From positions 10,853 to 74,852 of the forward strand of contig JAOUEV010000009.1 of NCBI GenBank assembly GCA_029858565.1: a stretch of 64,000 nt of DNA. The letters run 5' to 3'. Positions 20,432 through 31,422 of the stretch are shown one piece after another. Within the stretch, counting starts at the first letter, position 1. Every line of letters begins with the position of its first letter. The translations under genes were made by a program, and so were the position numbers. This DNA is from Nitrospirota bacterium. Lineage in GTDB: Bacteria; Nitrospirota; UBA9217. The notes beneath the pieces were generated by a model. That model had not been told where the DNA came from. It made no database searches and saw nothing but the letters and a program-made list of their open reading frames with translations.

Positions 20432-20887
20432 TTACGCGTTATACTCCGTTCCTCCGCCTTCGCCGAGGTTCTTCATCCACTGGTCAATAGTGGACTGGTC
20501 CTGCTTGGCAAGGACCTCCTCCTGCACGAAGATGGGCGCGCTCATGCGTATGGCGAGGGCGATCGCGTCGCTGGGACGGGAATCGATATGGAACTCCTTG
20601 CCGTTCTGGAGCAGGTAGAGCGAAGCATAGAAGGTATTCTCGATGAGATCGCTCACCACGATCCTGGCGACCTCGATTTCCAGGCGGTCGAAGATCGAAG
20701 CGATCAGATCATGGGTGAGAGGGCGGCTCGCCTTCATGTTGCTCATGGCAAGGGCGATCGAGTTCCCTTCCGCGGCGCCGATCCAGATCGGGAGAATCTT
20801 TTTGCCGGTCTCATCCTTCAGCACAACTATATAGCTGCTGTTCTTGCTGTCGAAAAGGACCGTATTGACGGTCATCTGTATCCACAT
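20432..20887 (-). CDS. Bifunctional nuclease family protein (DUF151)
   Basis: LPIWIG, RPLTHDL, IDSRPSDAIALA motifs. Confidence 0.93.
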   Translation of the reverse strand: MWIQMTVNTVLFDSKNSSYIVVLKDETGKKILPIWIGAAEGNSIALAMSNMKASRPLTHDLIASIFDRLEIEVARIVVSDLIENTFYASLYLLQNGKEFHIDSRPSDAIALAIRMSAPIFVQEEVLAKQDQSTIDQWMKNLGEGGGTEYNA

Positions 20888-20987
20888 GTTCTTTCCCGCC
20901 TATTGATTTACATTACCACACTCCCCATACCATGTAAACCCTGATATTGCCGCGACGGTCCCGGACGGGCAGATGATCCGGCGGATA

Positions 20988-21012
20988 ATACTTGACAAAA
21001 TTAGTCAGGTTT
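20988..21012 (+). promoter_or_regulatory. IscR type-1-like operator overlapping a -35 TTGACA
   Basis: ATACTTGACAAAATTAGTCAGGTTT closely matches the IscR type-1 consensus ATASYYGACTRwwwYAGTCRRSTAT, directly upstream of iscR. Confidence 0.8.
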
Positions 21013-21053
21013 GTTAAGTTACGTTTATGCAAGAGGCTTGTCCGGGATAGGTC

Positions 21054-21527
21054 ATGAAACTGTCGACAAAAGGAAAATACGGTGTCCGGGCTCTTTTTGA
21101 GATAGCGCGCCAGTACGGTCAGGGGCCGCTCTCCATTAAAGAGATATCGGAACGTCAGAAGATATCCCTTTCCTATCTGGAGCAGATTCTGCATCGACTG
21201 GGAAAAGCCGGCATCATTGAGAGCGTGCGGGGGCCTCACGGCGGATATGTTCTTGCCCGGCGACCCGCCGAGGTTACGATCGGCGACGTTGTACGTGCGC
21301 TCGAGGGACCTATTGCCCTGTCCCATTGCCTCGAGCCCGGGTTCGGATCGGAGTGTTATCAAGCCGATGACTGCGTGGCCCGGATGGTCTGGACCAAGGT
21401 GGGGGAAAAGATAGAAGAAGCGCTGGACAGCATCAGTTTTGAGCATCTCCTGCAGCAATACCACGGCAAGGATCGGGAACTGGTTCCAGGAAAAAAACGG
21501 GCCGTGGCAGGGAAAGGGGCATGTTGA
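21054..21527 (+). CDS. iscR: Rrf2-family Fe-S regulator (IscR-like)
   Basis: MKLSTKGKYG, YLEQI, SVRGPHGGY, three C-terminal Cys; precedes desulfurase and scaffold genes. Confidence 0.88.
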   Translation: MKLSTKGKYGVRALFEIARQYGQGPLSIKEISERQKISLSYLEQILHRLGKAGIIESVRGPHGGYVLARRPAEVTIGDVVRALEGPIALSHCLEPGFGSECYQADDCVARMVWTKVGEKIEEALDSISFEHLLQQYHGKDRELVPGKKRAVAGKGAC

Positions 21528-21529
21528 TC

Positions 21530-22714
21530 ATGCGAAAAGTATACCTCGATCATGCGGCCACAACGCCGGCGCATCCCAAAGTGGTGGAGGCGATGCTGCC
21601 CTACTTTACCGGAAAGTTCGGAAACCCCTCGAACCTGCACGATCCGGGACGGGAAGCCAAGAACGCGGTTGAAGATGCCCGTGCCAAAACAGCGGCATTG
21701 ATCAATGCAAGACCGGAGGAGATATTCTTCACCTCCAGCGGCACGGAGTCGAACAACTTCGCGATCAAGGGTCTTGCCCAGGCGAATAGTCAGAAGGGCA
21801 ATCATATCATAGTATCTCAGGTGGAACATTTCTCCGTGCTCCATCCGGTCAAGACTCTTGAAAAGGCGGGATTCAAGGTCACCTCCATCTCACCTGACAA
21901 GGAAGGATTTATCGATCCGGCGGAAGTTGCGAAGGCTATCACCAAGGAGACCGTCCTCGTCTCGATCATGCATTCCAACAATGAGATAGGAACGCTCCAG
22001 CCTATTGAAGAGATCGGCAAGATCACCAGGGAAAAGGGCGTTCTGTTCCATACCGATGCTGTTGCGTCGGTCGGTTGGGTTCCGGTGGATGTCGCGGCCC
22101 TTGGCGTGGATGCACTTTCGCTATCCGCCCATCAATTTTACGGTCCCAAGGGCGCGGCTGCGTTGTTTGTCCGGAAGGGCGTGCGGATCAAACCGCAGAT
22201 CGAAGGGGGCGTTCAGGAGGACGGCAGGCGGGGCGGGACGGAGAACGTTCCCGCTCTTGTTGGCCTTGGCAAGGCTGCTGAGATCGCCGCGGTGGATCTT
22301 CCCGCAAGGATGAAGCAGATTTCCTCACTTCGGGACAAACTGTTAACGGGGATGGGTGAGCGAATTCCCGATATGATCGTTAACGGCCACCCGACACGAA
22401 GGCTTCCGAATAATGTCAACGTATCCTTCCTTTACGTGGAAGGGGAGTCCATGCTGCTTTTTTTGAACATGGACGGAATTTACGTATCGAGCGGATCGGC
22501 GTGCACCTCCCGGTCGCTCAAGTCTTCTCATGTGCTGTCATGCATCGGCACGGACGCAGCCGCGGCGAACGGCACACTGCTCATGACCCTGGGCACCGGG
22601 ACCTCGGGTGAGGACATTGATTATGTCCTGGAAAAGCTGCCGCCCATTGTGCAGCGTCTGCGCGAGATGTCGCCGCTCTATGAAGATGTGGTGAAAAAAC
22701 GGAAAACTTCCTGA
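21530..22714 (+). CDS. nifS: Cysteine desulfurase NifS/IscS
   Basis: YLDHAATT, HTDAV, SSGSACTS; the PLP motif reads SAHQFYGPKG. Confidence 0.92.
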   Translation: MRKVYLDHAATTPAHPKVVEAMLPYFTGKFGNPSNLHDPGREAKNAVEDARAKTAALINARPEEIFFTSSGTESNNFAIKGLAQANSQKGNHIIVSQVEHFSVLHPVKTLEKAGFKVTSISPDKEGFIDPAEVAKAITKETVLVSIMHSNNEIGTLQPIEEIGKITREKGVLFHTDAVASVGWVPVDVAALGVDALSLSAHQFYGPKGAAALFVRKGVRIKPQIEGGVQEDGRRGGTENVPALVGLGKAAEIAAVDLPARMKQISSLRDKLLTGMGERIPDMIVNGHPTRRLPNNVNVSFLYVEGESMLLFLNMDGIYVSSGSACTSRSLKSSHVLSCIGTDAAAANGTLLMTLGTGTSGEDIDYVLEKLPPIVQRLREMSPLYEDVVKKRKTS

Positions 22715-22724
22715 GGAGGGGAAT

Positions 22725-23153
22725 ATGGAACAGTATAGTTCGAAAGTGATGGAACATTTCGCTCAACCGCACAACGTGGGCGAGATCGAGAATGCCGACG
22801 GGGTGGGGACCGTGGGAAATCCCGTATGCGGCGATGTGATGCGCCTGTATATCAAAGTGGACAATAACACGATCACGGACGCCAAGTTCAAGACCTTTGG
22901 ATGCGGCGCGGCCATTGCGACGAGCAGCATGGTCACGGACCTGGTGAAAGGCAAAACGATCGATGAGGCGCTCCAGATATCGAATGCCGCGGTCGCCGAG
23001 GCCTTGGGCGGGCTTCCCAAGGTAAAGATGCACTGCTCGGTCCTGGCCGAGGAAGCGCTCAAGTCCGCGTTGGACGATTACTACAAGAAAAAAGGCATTC
23101 CGTCGCCGGTGAAGATGCCGGCCGAGAGCGGCCATGAGCATGAGATGGAGTAG
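22725..23153 (+). CDS. nifU: Fe-S scaffold NifU-N/IscU
   Basis: GNPVCGDVM, FGCGAAIA, LPKVKMHCS motifs. Confidence 0.93.
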   Translation: MEQYSSKVMEHFAQPHNVGEIENADGVGTVGNPVCGDVMRLYIKVDNNTITDAKFKTFGCGAAIATSSMVTDLVKGKTIDEALQISNAAVAEALGGLPKVKMHCSVLAEEALKSALDDYYKKKGIPSPVKMPAESGHEHEME

Positions 23154-23189
23154 TTCGATTGCGGATTTCAGATTGCGGATTTCGGATTG
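23154..23189. repeat. Heptamer tandem repeat (GATTGCG/GATTTCR)
   Basis: ttcgattgcggatttcagattgcggatttcggattg immediately after the nifU stop. Confidence 0.75.
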
Positions 23190-23238
23190 AACGTCGAGAG
23201 ATCCTGCAAAGATAATTCGGATAATCGGAGAAATCCCC

Positions 23239-23481
23239 ATGGACGTGAAGGACATTAAACCGGATGAAGTGCTGGACTGCGTGGGGCTGGCCTGCCCTAT
23301 GCCGATCTTCAAGACCGCGAACCGGATCAAGGAAATGCAGCCGGGCCAGGTCCTGGAGGTGCAGTCGGACGACGACGGCATCAAGAAGGACATGCCCGCA
23401 TGGTGCAACAAGACAGGCCATGAGTTCCTCGGCCTTGAGCAGCAGGGCGAGGAGTACCGCGTGTTCGTGCGAAAAAAGTAG
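23239..23481 (+). CDS. tusA: TusA-family sulfur carrier
   Basis: LDCVGLACPMP motif, 80 aa. Confidence 0.9.
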   Translation: MDVKDIKPDEVLDCVGLACPMPIFKTANRIKEMQPGQVLEVQSDDDGIKKDMPAWCNKTGHEFLGLEQQGEEYRVFVRKK

Positions 23482-23638
23482 CAGGGAACGGACAAATCCA
23501 ATAAAATCAATACCCGGCACGCACAATGTCGGGTATTGCTGTTTCAGGGGGGGAATTAGCTGTTGATTTTCCCCTGGACCGCGGTTAATATATGCCAGTT
23601 TTATGCAACACCCATTTTGTTGAAGGAGGACTAGCAGC

Positions 23639-23824
23639 ATGATCATGGTGAACATCGACCTTGCCAAATGTGATGGGGACGGCACCTGCGCGAACCTTTG
23701 CCCGCAGGCGGTCTTCAAGGTCAATAACGGCAAGGCTGAAGCGGTCAATATGGCCGAGTGCATCAACTGCCAGACCTGCGTGGAGAACTGCCCGCAGAGC
23801 TGCATTACCGTCACCGAGATGTAA
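23639..23824 (+). CDS. Dicluster ferredoxin (CxxDxxC plus CxxCxxC)
   Basis: CDGDGTCANLCP and CINCQTCVENCP; RBS AGGAGG. Confidence 0.92.
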   Translation: MIMVNIDLAKCDGDGTCANLCPQAVFKVNNGKAEAVNMAECINCQTCVENCPQSCITVTEM

Positions 23825-23844
23825 TCATCCGAGAACGGCAAACT

Positions 23845-23885
23845 AAAAAGGGACCGGTTCAATGAACCGGTCCCTTTTCTTTTTT
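23845..23885. terminator. Bidirectional intrinsic terminator
   Basis: AAAAGGGACCGGTTCA / TGAACCGGTCCCTTTT flanked by A- and T-tracts between convergent genes. Confidence 0.9.
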
Positions 23886-23901
23886 CATGGGTTGCACAAA
23901 T

Positions 23902-24681
23902 CTACTTTGGCTTGTCCTGGGGCATGGAGAAGGCCCGCAGCAGGTCGATCGGCAGCGGGAAAACGATGGTGGTGTTCTTCTCGGTCCCGATCTCGGTCAG
24001 GGTCTGCAGGTACCGAAGCTGGAGCGCGGTCGGGTCCTTGCTGATGATCGCCGCGGCCTCGCCCAGCTTGGTGGATGCCTGGAGTTCTCCTTCGGCGTGG
24101 ATGATCTTGGCCCGACGTTCCCGCTCGGCCTGGGCCTGGATGGCCATGGCCCGCTGCATCTCCACGGGCAGGTCCACGTTCTTCACTTCCACTGCCGTGA
24201 CCTTCACACCCCAGGGTTCCGTCTGATCGTCGATCACCTTCTGGAGCTCGGCGTTGATCGCCTCGCGGTTCTAGAGCAGGTCGTCCAGGGAGTTCTGGCC
24301 CAGGATGCTCCGGAGCGTGGTCTGGGAGATCTGGGATGTGGCGTAGAAATAATCCTCCACCTCGATGATCGCCTTGCGCGGATCAATGACACGGAAGTAA
24401 ATGACCGCGTTCACCTTGACCGTCACGTTGTCCTTGGTCACCACGTCTTGCGACGGCACGTCCATGGTCACGGTCCGGAGGCCGACGCGCACCATTTTCT
24501 GGATGCCTGGAAGCAGGATTATGAGCCCGGGGCCTTTGACGCCTCCCACATCGGGAACACGCCCGAGGGTGAAGATGACCCCGCGCTCGTACTGTTTCAG
24601 GATCTTGAGCGTGTTGAACAGGAACCATGCAACGATGAAAACAAAGATCATGAAACCAAGACCAAATGCCTGTGCGCCCAT
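23902..24681 (-). pseudogene. SPFH/band-7 (stomatin/slipin) gene with internal in-frame TAG at 24271-24273
   Basis: ORFs 24271..24687 and 23902..24237 are in the same frame and join as ...[29 protein letters not shown]; downstream of nfeD. Confidence 0.85.
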
Positions 24682-24756
24682 AACCAACCTCCCTGGTGTC
24701 GTGATACCGCGAATCTCAAGGAAACCGATGCCTGACGGTCGCCCCGGTTCCGTGGG

Positions 24757-26112
24757 TTACTTCTGAGATCGTGTTACCTTCAGCCGAAGACCATCCACTG
24801 CGACGACCGAGACCTTCTCGCCCTTCATGATCGATTCGTCGCTCCAGGCGTTCCAGTACTCGCCGCGCACGAATATCTGTCCCCTGTCGTTTTCGCTGAT
24901 GTTCGTTCTCGCCTCGCCGATCAGGCCGACAAGACCCTCCTTGCCCGTGTCAACCTTGGACCGCTGCGCGCGGATGGCCACGGTCAGCGTCACAATGAAC
25001 AGGAGCGCTGATGCCGCAACAACGGGGGCGATGACGGTCCAGGATATCTGGAGCGCCGGTTCAGGCGAGTCGATCAGCATCATGGAACCGAATGCCATGG
25101 CAATGGCTCCTCCCACGCCGAGCACGCCATGGCTGGTGATAAAGGCTTCGGCAATGAACAGGACGATACCCAGTATGATGAGCATGAGTCCGGCATAGTT
25201 GATCGGCAGGGTCTGGAGCGCGTAAAAAGCCAGGATCAGCAGGATCGCTCCTACCACGCCCGGGAAGATGGCGCCGGGATTGGAGAGCTCGAAATAGAGG
25301 CCGTAAAAGCCGAGGATCATCAGGATATAGGCGATATTCGGATTGCTGATGATGCCCAGGATCCTGTGGCGGAAACTCATATCGTATGTTTTTACAGTTG
25401 CAGAGGACGTATGCAGGGTTTTCTTCCCCATGACCGTGTCTACGGTCTTCCCGTCTATCTTGGCGAGGAGTGTCTGGATGTCCGGCGCAATAAGATCTAC
25501 CACTTTGAGCTTGAGCGCCTCGGTCTCGGTCGCGGAAACGGCCTTGCGCACCGCTTCCTCGGCCCATGCGGCGTTCCTGTGACGTTTTTCCGCGATGCCC
25601 CGAACCATGGCGGCAAGATCATTGGTGATCTTCTTTGCCATGGTCTCGTCCATCTTCCCTTCCATCTGGACCGGTGACGCGGAGCCGATCCGCGTGTTCG
25701 GCGCCATGGCCGCGATGTTCGCGGTCAGGGTGATGAAGACCCCTGCGGAGGCGGCACGTGAACCGTCGGGGGCCACATAGACCACCGTAGGAACCTCAGC
25801 GGCCAGCATCTTCTTTACGATCTCCCGTGTTGATTCTACCAGGCCGCCCGGGGTGTCCATCTGGATGATCAGGGCTTCGGCTTTCATTTCCGTAGCTCTA
25901 TCAATGGATTTTATAATGTATTCAGCGATCACCGGAGTAATGGGATCGTCGATCCTGATCAGGAGAACAAAAGGTTTCGGCGTTTCTGATTGAACGGTCG
26001 TGGTCGGTTTGCTGTCTTCCTGTTCCGGAGCGGACAGGAGCATTCCTGCCGTGCCGGTCAATGCCAGGAGCAGGAAAAGTGAAAGAGCTATCCAGCGGCC
26101 AAATGTTCGCAT
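24757..26112 (-). CDS. nfeD: Long-form NfeD (ClpP-class membrane serine protease)
   Basis: MDTPGG, RAASAG, TM region, C-terminal OB fold (VRGEYWNA); paired with SPFH. Confidence 0.93.
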   Translation of the reverse strand: MRTFGRWIALSLFLLLALTGTAGMLLSAPEQEDSKPTTTVQSETPKPFVLLIRIDDPITPVIAEYIIKSIDRATEMKAEALIIQMDTPGGLVESTREIVKKMLAAEVPTVVYVAPDGSRAASAGVFITLTANIAAMAPNTRIGSASPVQMEGKMDETMAKKITNDLAAMVRGIAEKRHRNAAWAEEAVRKAVSATETEALKLKVVDLIAPDIQTLLAKIDGKTVDTVMGKKTLHTSSATVKTYDMSFRHRILGIISNPNIAYILMILGFYGLYFELSNPGAIFPGVVGAILLILAFYALQTLPINYAGLMLIILGIVLFIAEAFITSHGVLGVGGAIAMAFGSMMLIDSPEPALQISWTVIAPVVAASALLFIVTLTVAIRAQRSKVDTGKEGLVGLIGEARTNISENDRGQIFVRGEYWNAWSDESIMKGEKVSVVAVDGLRLKVTRSQK

Positions 26113-26269
26113 GGGAAATAGGGTCTCCTAGGGGTGGGCGGGGATGACAACCGTGCGACTCTACGACAAAATTATAACGGTTAGACGCCGCGCTGTCAAG
26201 AAAGGTACCCACGGGGAACAATGCTTGACTTGAACGGTCTTTTTCTGTAGCATCGTTCCACGGATCATT

Positions 26270-26824
26270 ATGCGAGTTACCGGAGGAACAGGAAGAGGAA
26301 AGCGGCTGAGGGTCCCGGCGGGAGACCGCGTCCGTCCCACATCTGACAAGGTCAAGCAGGCCCTGTTCAATATCCTGGGGGACCGGGTCACGGGAACGGC
26401 GTTCCTCGATCTTTTTGCGGGCGCCGGCGGAGTGGGTATTGAGGCGTTGAGCCGGGGAGCCAGCCGCGTGGTGTTCGTGGACGACGACCGGAAATCGCTC
26501 AAAGTGATCCGGCTGAACGTCGAGGATTCGGGGTTCGGGGATCGGGCCGAGGTCATTGCGGCCAAGGCCGAATCCTTTATCAGGAAATCGGAGGAACGGT
26601 TCGCTGTTATTTTCCTGGACCCGCCGTACAGCCTTGAGATCAGGCCTCTGCTGGAGCAGATCGCTGATTCGGACCTGCTGGAGCCTGATGCTGTCGTGGT
26701 CGCAGAGCATTTCAAGAAGCAGTCGTCGCCAGCGCAGGCGGGAATGCTCACCCGATATCGCGAAGCTGTGTATGGCGATACGGTGCTGGCATTCTATAAA
26801 AAAGAAACAGGCGGTAAGGGGTAA
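26270..26824 (+). CDS. rsmD: 16S rRNA m2G966 methyltransferase RsmD
   Basis: RPTSDKVK, LDLFAGAG, FLDPPY motifs. Confidence 0.94.
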   Translation: MRVTGGTGRGKRLRVPAGDRVRPTSDKVKQALFNILGDRVTGTAFLDLFAGAGGVGIEALSRGASRVVFVDDDRKSLKVIRLNVEDSGFGDRAEVIAAKAESFIRKSEERFAVIFLDPPYSLEIRPLLEQIADSDLLEPDAVVVAEHFKKQSSPAQAGMLTRYREAVYGDTVLAFYKKETGGKG

Positions 26825-26849
26825 AGGGTGAGGGGTGAGGAGTGAGGAG
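26814..26849. repeat. Heptamer tandem repeat (GTRAGGR)
   Basis: GTAAGGG GTAAAGG GTGAGGG GTGAGGA GTGAGGA overlapping the rsmD stop. Confidence 0.75.
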
Positions 26850-26914
26850 CAAAACCGCGCCGTCCTCGCGAACTTCACGCTGTTCAGACTATCTAAGCCT
26901 TTGGAGGGCCAGCA

Positions 26915-27421
26915 ATGAAACGCATAGCCGTTTATCCCGGAACCTTTGATCCGGTAACCTATGGTCATGTTGACCTGACCGAGCGGAGCCTTCGCATGTT
27001 CGATAAGGTGATCATTGCGATCGCGGCCAATCCCAAGAAGGCGCCGCTGTTCACCCTGGAAGAGCGTATAGACATGTTCCGGCGTGCCATTGGCAAGAAA
27101 CATAATGTGGAGATCGAGGGATTCGATTGTCTTCTTGTTGATTATATGAAGCGGAAGAGGGCGGTTGGCCTGATCAGGGGTCTCCGTGCCGTGTCCGATT
27201 TCGAGTATGAACTTCAGATGGCCCTGATGAACCGGAGACTTGACAGCTCTGTGGAGACCGTGTTCCTGATGCCGAGCGAGGAGTATTCCTTTATTACCTC
27301 GACGATCGTGAAGGAGGCGGCGAGCTATGGCGGCGATGTTTCGAGCCTCGTGCCGAAGACCGTGGTTGAGAAGTTGAAGCGGAAGTTCGGGAACAAGCAG
27401 AAGTGCTCAGCCGGATCATGA
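26915..27421 (+). CDS. coaD: Phosphopantetheine adenylyltransferase
   Basis: YPGTFDPVTYGH, RGLRAVSDFEYE motifs. Confidence 0.97.
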   Translation: MKRIAVYPGTFDPVTYGHVDLTERSLRMFDKVIIAIAANPKKAPLFTLEERIDMFRRAIGKKHNVEIEGFDCLLVDYMKRKRAVGLIRGLRAVSDFEYELQMALMNRRLDSSVETVFLMPSEEYSFITSTIVKEAASYGGDVSSLVPKTVVEKLKRKFGNKQKCSAGS

Positions 27422-28237
27422 TCCTGAAGAGCGCTGGCGCAGCGCTTCGTAGAGAAATACAGCTACCGACGTCGCCGCATTCAAGGACTCGATGGTCTCT
27501 GCCATGGGGATGCGGACCCGGTGATCGGCTTGAGAGGTGATTTTTTCCGGCAATCCAGCCCCTTCCTGTCCAACGATCACCACCAGCGGCTTTCTCATAT
27601 CTAATTCATAATGCGTTATCCCACCACCAAGGGTCATTGCAGCTGTTTGGAGTCCATTATCGGCGCATTTCTTGACAAAAAGCTCTACATCTCCCACTTT
27701 TACCACTGGTAGTCGAAGAATACTGCCCATGGATGCGCGTAAGGTCTTTGGGTTATATGCATCAACAGTATTTCCGGCAATTGCTACGCCCGATGCACCG
27801 GCTGCTTCCGCTGTTCTTAAGATCGTGCCGAGGTTCCCGGGATCCTGAAGCTGGTGGCACAGGACAATGAGCTTTGAGCTATGGGCAATGAGCTGTTCTT
27901 CCGTATGAGCCGGCATCTCCACAAGGGCCATTACCGGCTGGGGTGTTTTGCTGTCGCTCAGCTGGTCCATCAGGCGGTCCGAGATCCAGAGCAGAGGAAC
28001 ACCGCTCTTTTCCGCCAGATTGATCACTCCCTTGCCATGATGTTGGGTCAGCGAGGTCGCGGCAATGACCTGTCGCACCCCGGTCTTATCACGTAGCGCT
28101 TCCTCGACCATCTTGACGCCTTCGATCAGGAAAGCCTGCTCCTTTTTCCGGACCTTGGCATCGGATAAGGAAGCGAGGAACTTATATGCTTTATTCTCTT
28201 TGCTGCTGAGCGGAGTATGAGGGGACGTGCGATCCAT
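27416..28237 (-). CDS. TrmH/SpoU-family RNA 2'-O-methyltransferase
   Basis: QDPGNLGTILRTA, GQEGAGL, IPM..ESLNAA SPOUT motifs. Confidence 0.93.
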   Translation of the reverse strand: MDRTSPHTPLSSKENKAYKFLASLSDAKVRKKEQAFLIEGVKMVEEALRDKTGVRQVIAATSLTQHHGKGVINLAEKSGVPLLWISDRLMDQLSDSKTPQPVMALVEMPAHTEEQLIAHSSKLIVLCHQLQDPGNLGTILRTAEAAGASGVAIAGNTVDAYNPKTLRASMGSILRLPVVKVGDVELFVKKCADNGLQTAAMTLGGGITHYELDMRKPLVVIVGQEGAGLPEKITSQADHRVRIPMAETIESLNAATSVAVFLYEALRQRSSGS

Positions 28238-28359
28238 GGGCAGGAGTATACCATGGCAGGCATGCAGGGGAAATGGGAAAATGGGATTATTTTATTGACT
28301 TTTTCCATGTATACGATATACTGACACGCTTGTAACGTGCGGAGAATATACGGAAATCA

Positions 28360-30033
28360 ATGAAACAGACACTAACGGAGATCCTCCTTCAGGCCCTGCG
28401 CCGGGCAAAAGATAAAGGCGAACTGAAGCTCGAAACCCAGCCGACCATCACGCTGGACACCCCGAAGGACAAGAACCACGGCGACCTCGCCACGACCATG
28501 GCCCTGGCTATGGCCAAGGCAGAAGGCAAGCCTCCCCGGAAGGTCGCCGAGACCATCCTGGCGAACATTCAGGATGAGGAAGGCATCATCGCGAAGACCG
28601 AGATCGCGGGGCCGGGGTTCATCAACTTTTTCCTGAAGCAGGATAGATGGCGTAAGACGCTCTTTGACATCGACGATCAGGGCCACGAGTTCGGGTTCAA
28701 GGACATCGGCAAGGGCGAAAAGGTCCAGGTCGAGTTCGTGAGCGCCAACCCGACGGGACCGCTCCACGTAGGGCATGGTCGGGGTGCCGCTGTTGGCGAC
28801 GCTCTGGCGAACCTGCTGGCCGCGGTCGGTTACGATGTGCAGCGGGAGTTCTATATCAATGATGCCGGGCGGCAGGTCAAGCTCCTTGCTCGATCGGTGT
28901 ACAGCCGATATCGGCAGATGCACGGCAAGGATGAACCTTTTCCAGAGGACGGCTATCACGGCACGTATATAAATGAAATTTCGGCATCCGCATCAACATC
29001 GGCATCAGTCGGACTTGAGTATATCGATAGATCCTTTGAAGAAAGCGAGCGGGCCTTTGCTGAATACAGCAAGGACCAGATGCTTGCGGACATCAAGAAG
29101 GACCTGGAAGATTTCGGTGTCCGCTTCGATGTCTGGTTCAGCGAGAAAAGCCTGCTTGCGGACGGTTCAGTTAAAAAGTCGATCGAGGAACTGAAGGAGC
29201 GCGGTTTTGCCTACGAACAGGACGGCGCGCTCTGGCTCAAGTCCACGGCCTTTGGCGATGACAAGGACCGGGTGATCATCAAGAAGGACGGCGAGTACAC
29301 CTACCTTGCCACGGACATCGCCTACCACCGCAACAAGCTGGCCCGGGGGTTCAGCCAACTCGTGAACATCTGGGGCGCGGACCATCACGGATATATCCCT
29401 CGCGTACAGGCCGTGATACAGGCTTTTGGCCATCCCAAGGATTCGCTTCATGTCATTCTGATCCAGCTGGTGGCCATTCTGCGCCACGGCCAGCCGGTAC
29501 CCATGTCCAAGCGCGCGGGCACCTTTGTGACCTTGCGTGACGTGGTGGCTGACGTAGGCGCTGACGCGGCACGGTACATTTTCCTGACGCGGAAGACCGA
29601 CAGCCACCTGGACTTCGATCTCGATATTGCGAAAGAACAGTCCCGGGAGAACCCGGTCTACTATGTGCAGTACGCTCATGCGCGCATCTCGAGCATCTTC
29701 CGCGAGACCGAGTCCCGGGGCATAAAGATCCCTGCGCGGGAGACCGTGCAGATAGATCTCCTTGACCTTGAAGAAGAACAGAACCTGATCAAGGCCCTGG
29801 CCCGGTTCCCTGAGATGATCGAGGAAGCGGCCCTGGCATATGAACCGCACCGTTTGACGTTCTATCTCCAGGACCTGGCCGGCACGCTGCATAATTATTA
29901 CTACAAACATCGCGTTATTGACGCTGAGAACCCGGCAAAGACCGGCGCGCGGCTCTTCCTGATGAAACAGATCAGGATCGTCATCCAGAGCGCTTTGAAA
30001 ATACTCGGTGTTGCAGCTCCTGAAAAGATGTAA
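28360..30033 (+). CDS. argS: Arginine--tRNA ligase
   Basis: SANPTGPLHVGH, WGADHHGY, MSKRAG, YVQYAHAR, C-terminal PEKM. Confidence 0.98.
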   Translation: MKQTLTEILLQALRRAKDKGELKLETQPTITLDTPKDKNHGDLATTMALAMAKAEGKPPRKVAETILANIQDEEGIIAKTEIAGPGFINFFLKQDRWRKTLFDIDDQGHEFGFKDIGKGEKVQVEFVSANPTGPLHVGHGRGAAVGDALANLLAAVGYDVQREFYINDAGRQVKLLARSVYSRYRQMHGKDEPFPEDGYHGTYINEISASASTSASVGLEYIDRSFEESERAFAEYSKDQMLADIKKDLEDFGVRFDVWFSEKSLLADGSVKKSIEELKERGFAYEQDGALWLKSTAFGDDKDRVIIKKDGEYTYLATDIAYHRNKLARGFSQLVNIWGADHHGYIPRVQAVIQAFGHPKDSLHVILIQLVAILRHGQPVPMSKRAGTFVTLRDVVADVGADAARYIFLTRKTDSHLDFDLDIAKEQSRENPVYYVQYAHARISSIFRETESRGIKIPARETVQIDLLDLEEEQNLIKALARFPEMIEEAALAYEPHRLTFYLQDLAGTLHNYYYKHRVIDAENPAKTGARLFLMKQIRIVIQSALKILGVAAPEKM

Positions 30034-31242
<1,209 letters not shown>

Positions 31243-31276
31243 TGAAGTTCCCCCTGATTCAGAAGCAAAAGCATTC

Positions 31277-31366
31277 TCTCACGAAGGCACGAAGACACGA
31301 AGGAATGCTAAAGAACAGACGCAGATTCGACGTTTCTCCTTTGCGGGCTCCGTGGCTTCGTGCGAT
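31277..31366. repeat. Inverted nonamer-period element (CACGAAGRC type)
   Basis: cacgaaggcacgaagacacgaag ... ctttgcgggctccgtggcttcgtg. Confidence 0.65.
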
Positions 31367-31422
31367 ACATAGATTTTTGATTCTAGTTTAAATGTTTGAA
31401 TAAATTCCAAGGAGGAACATCC

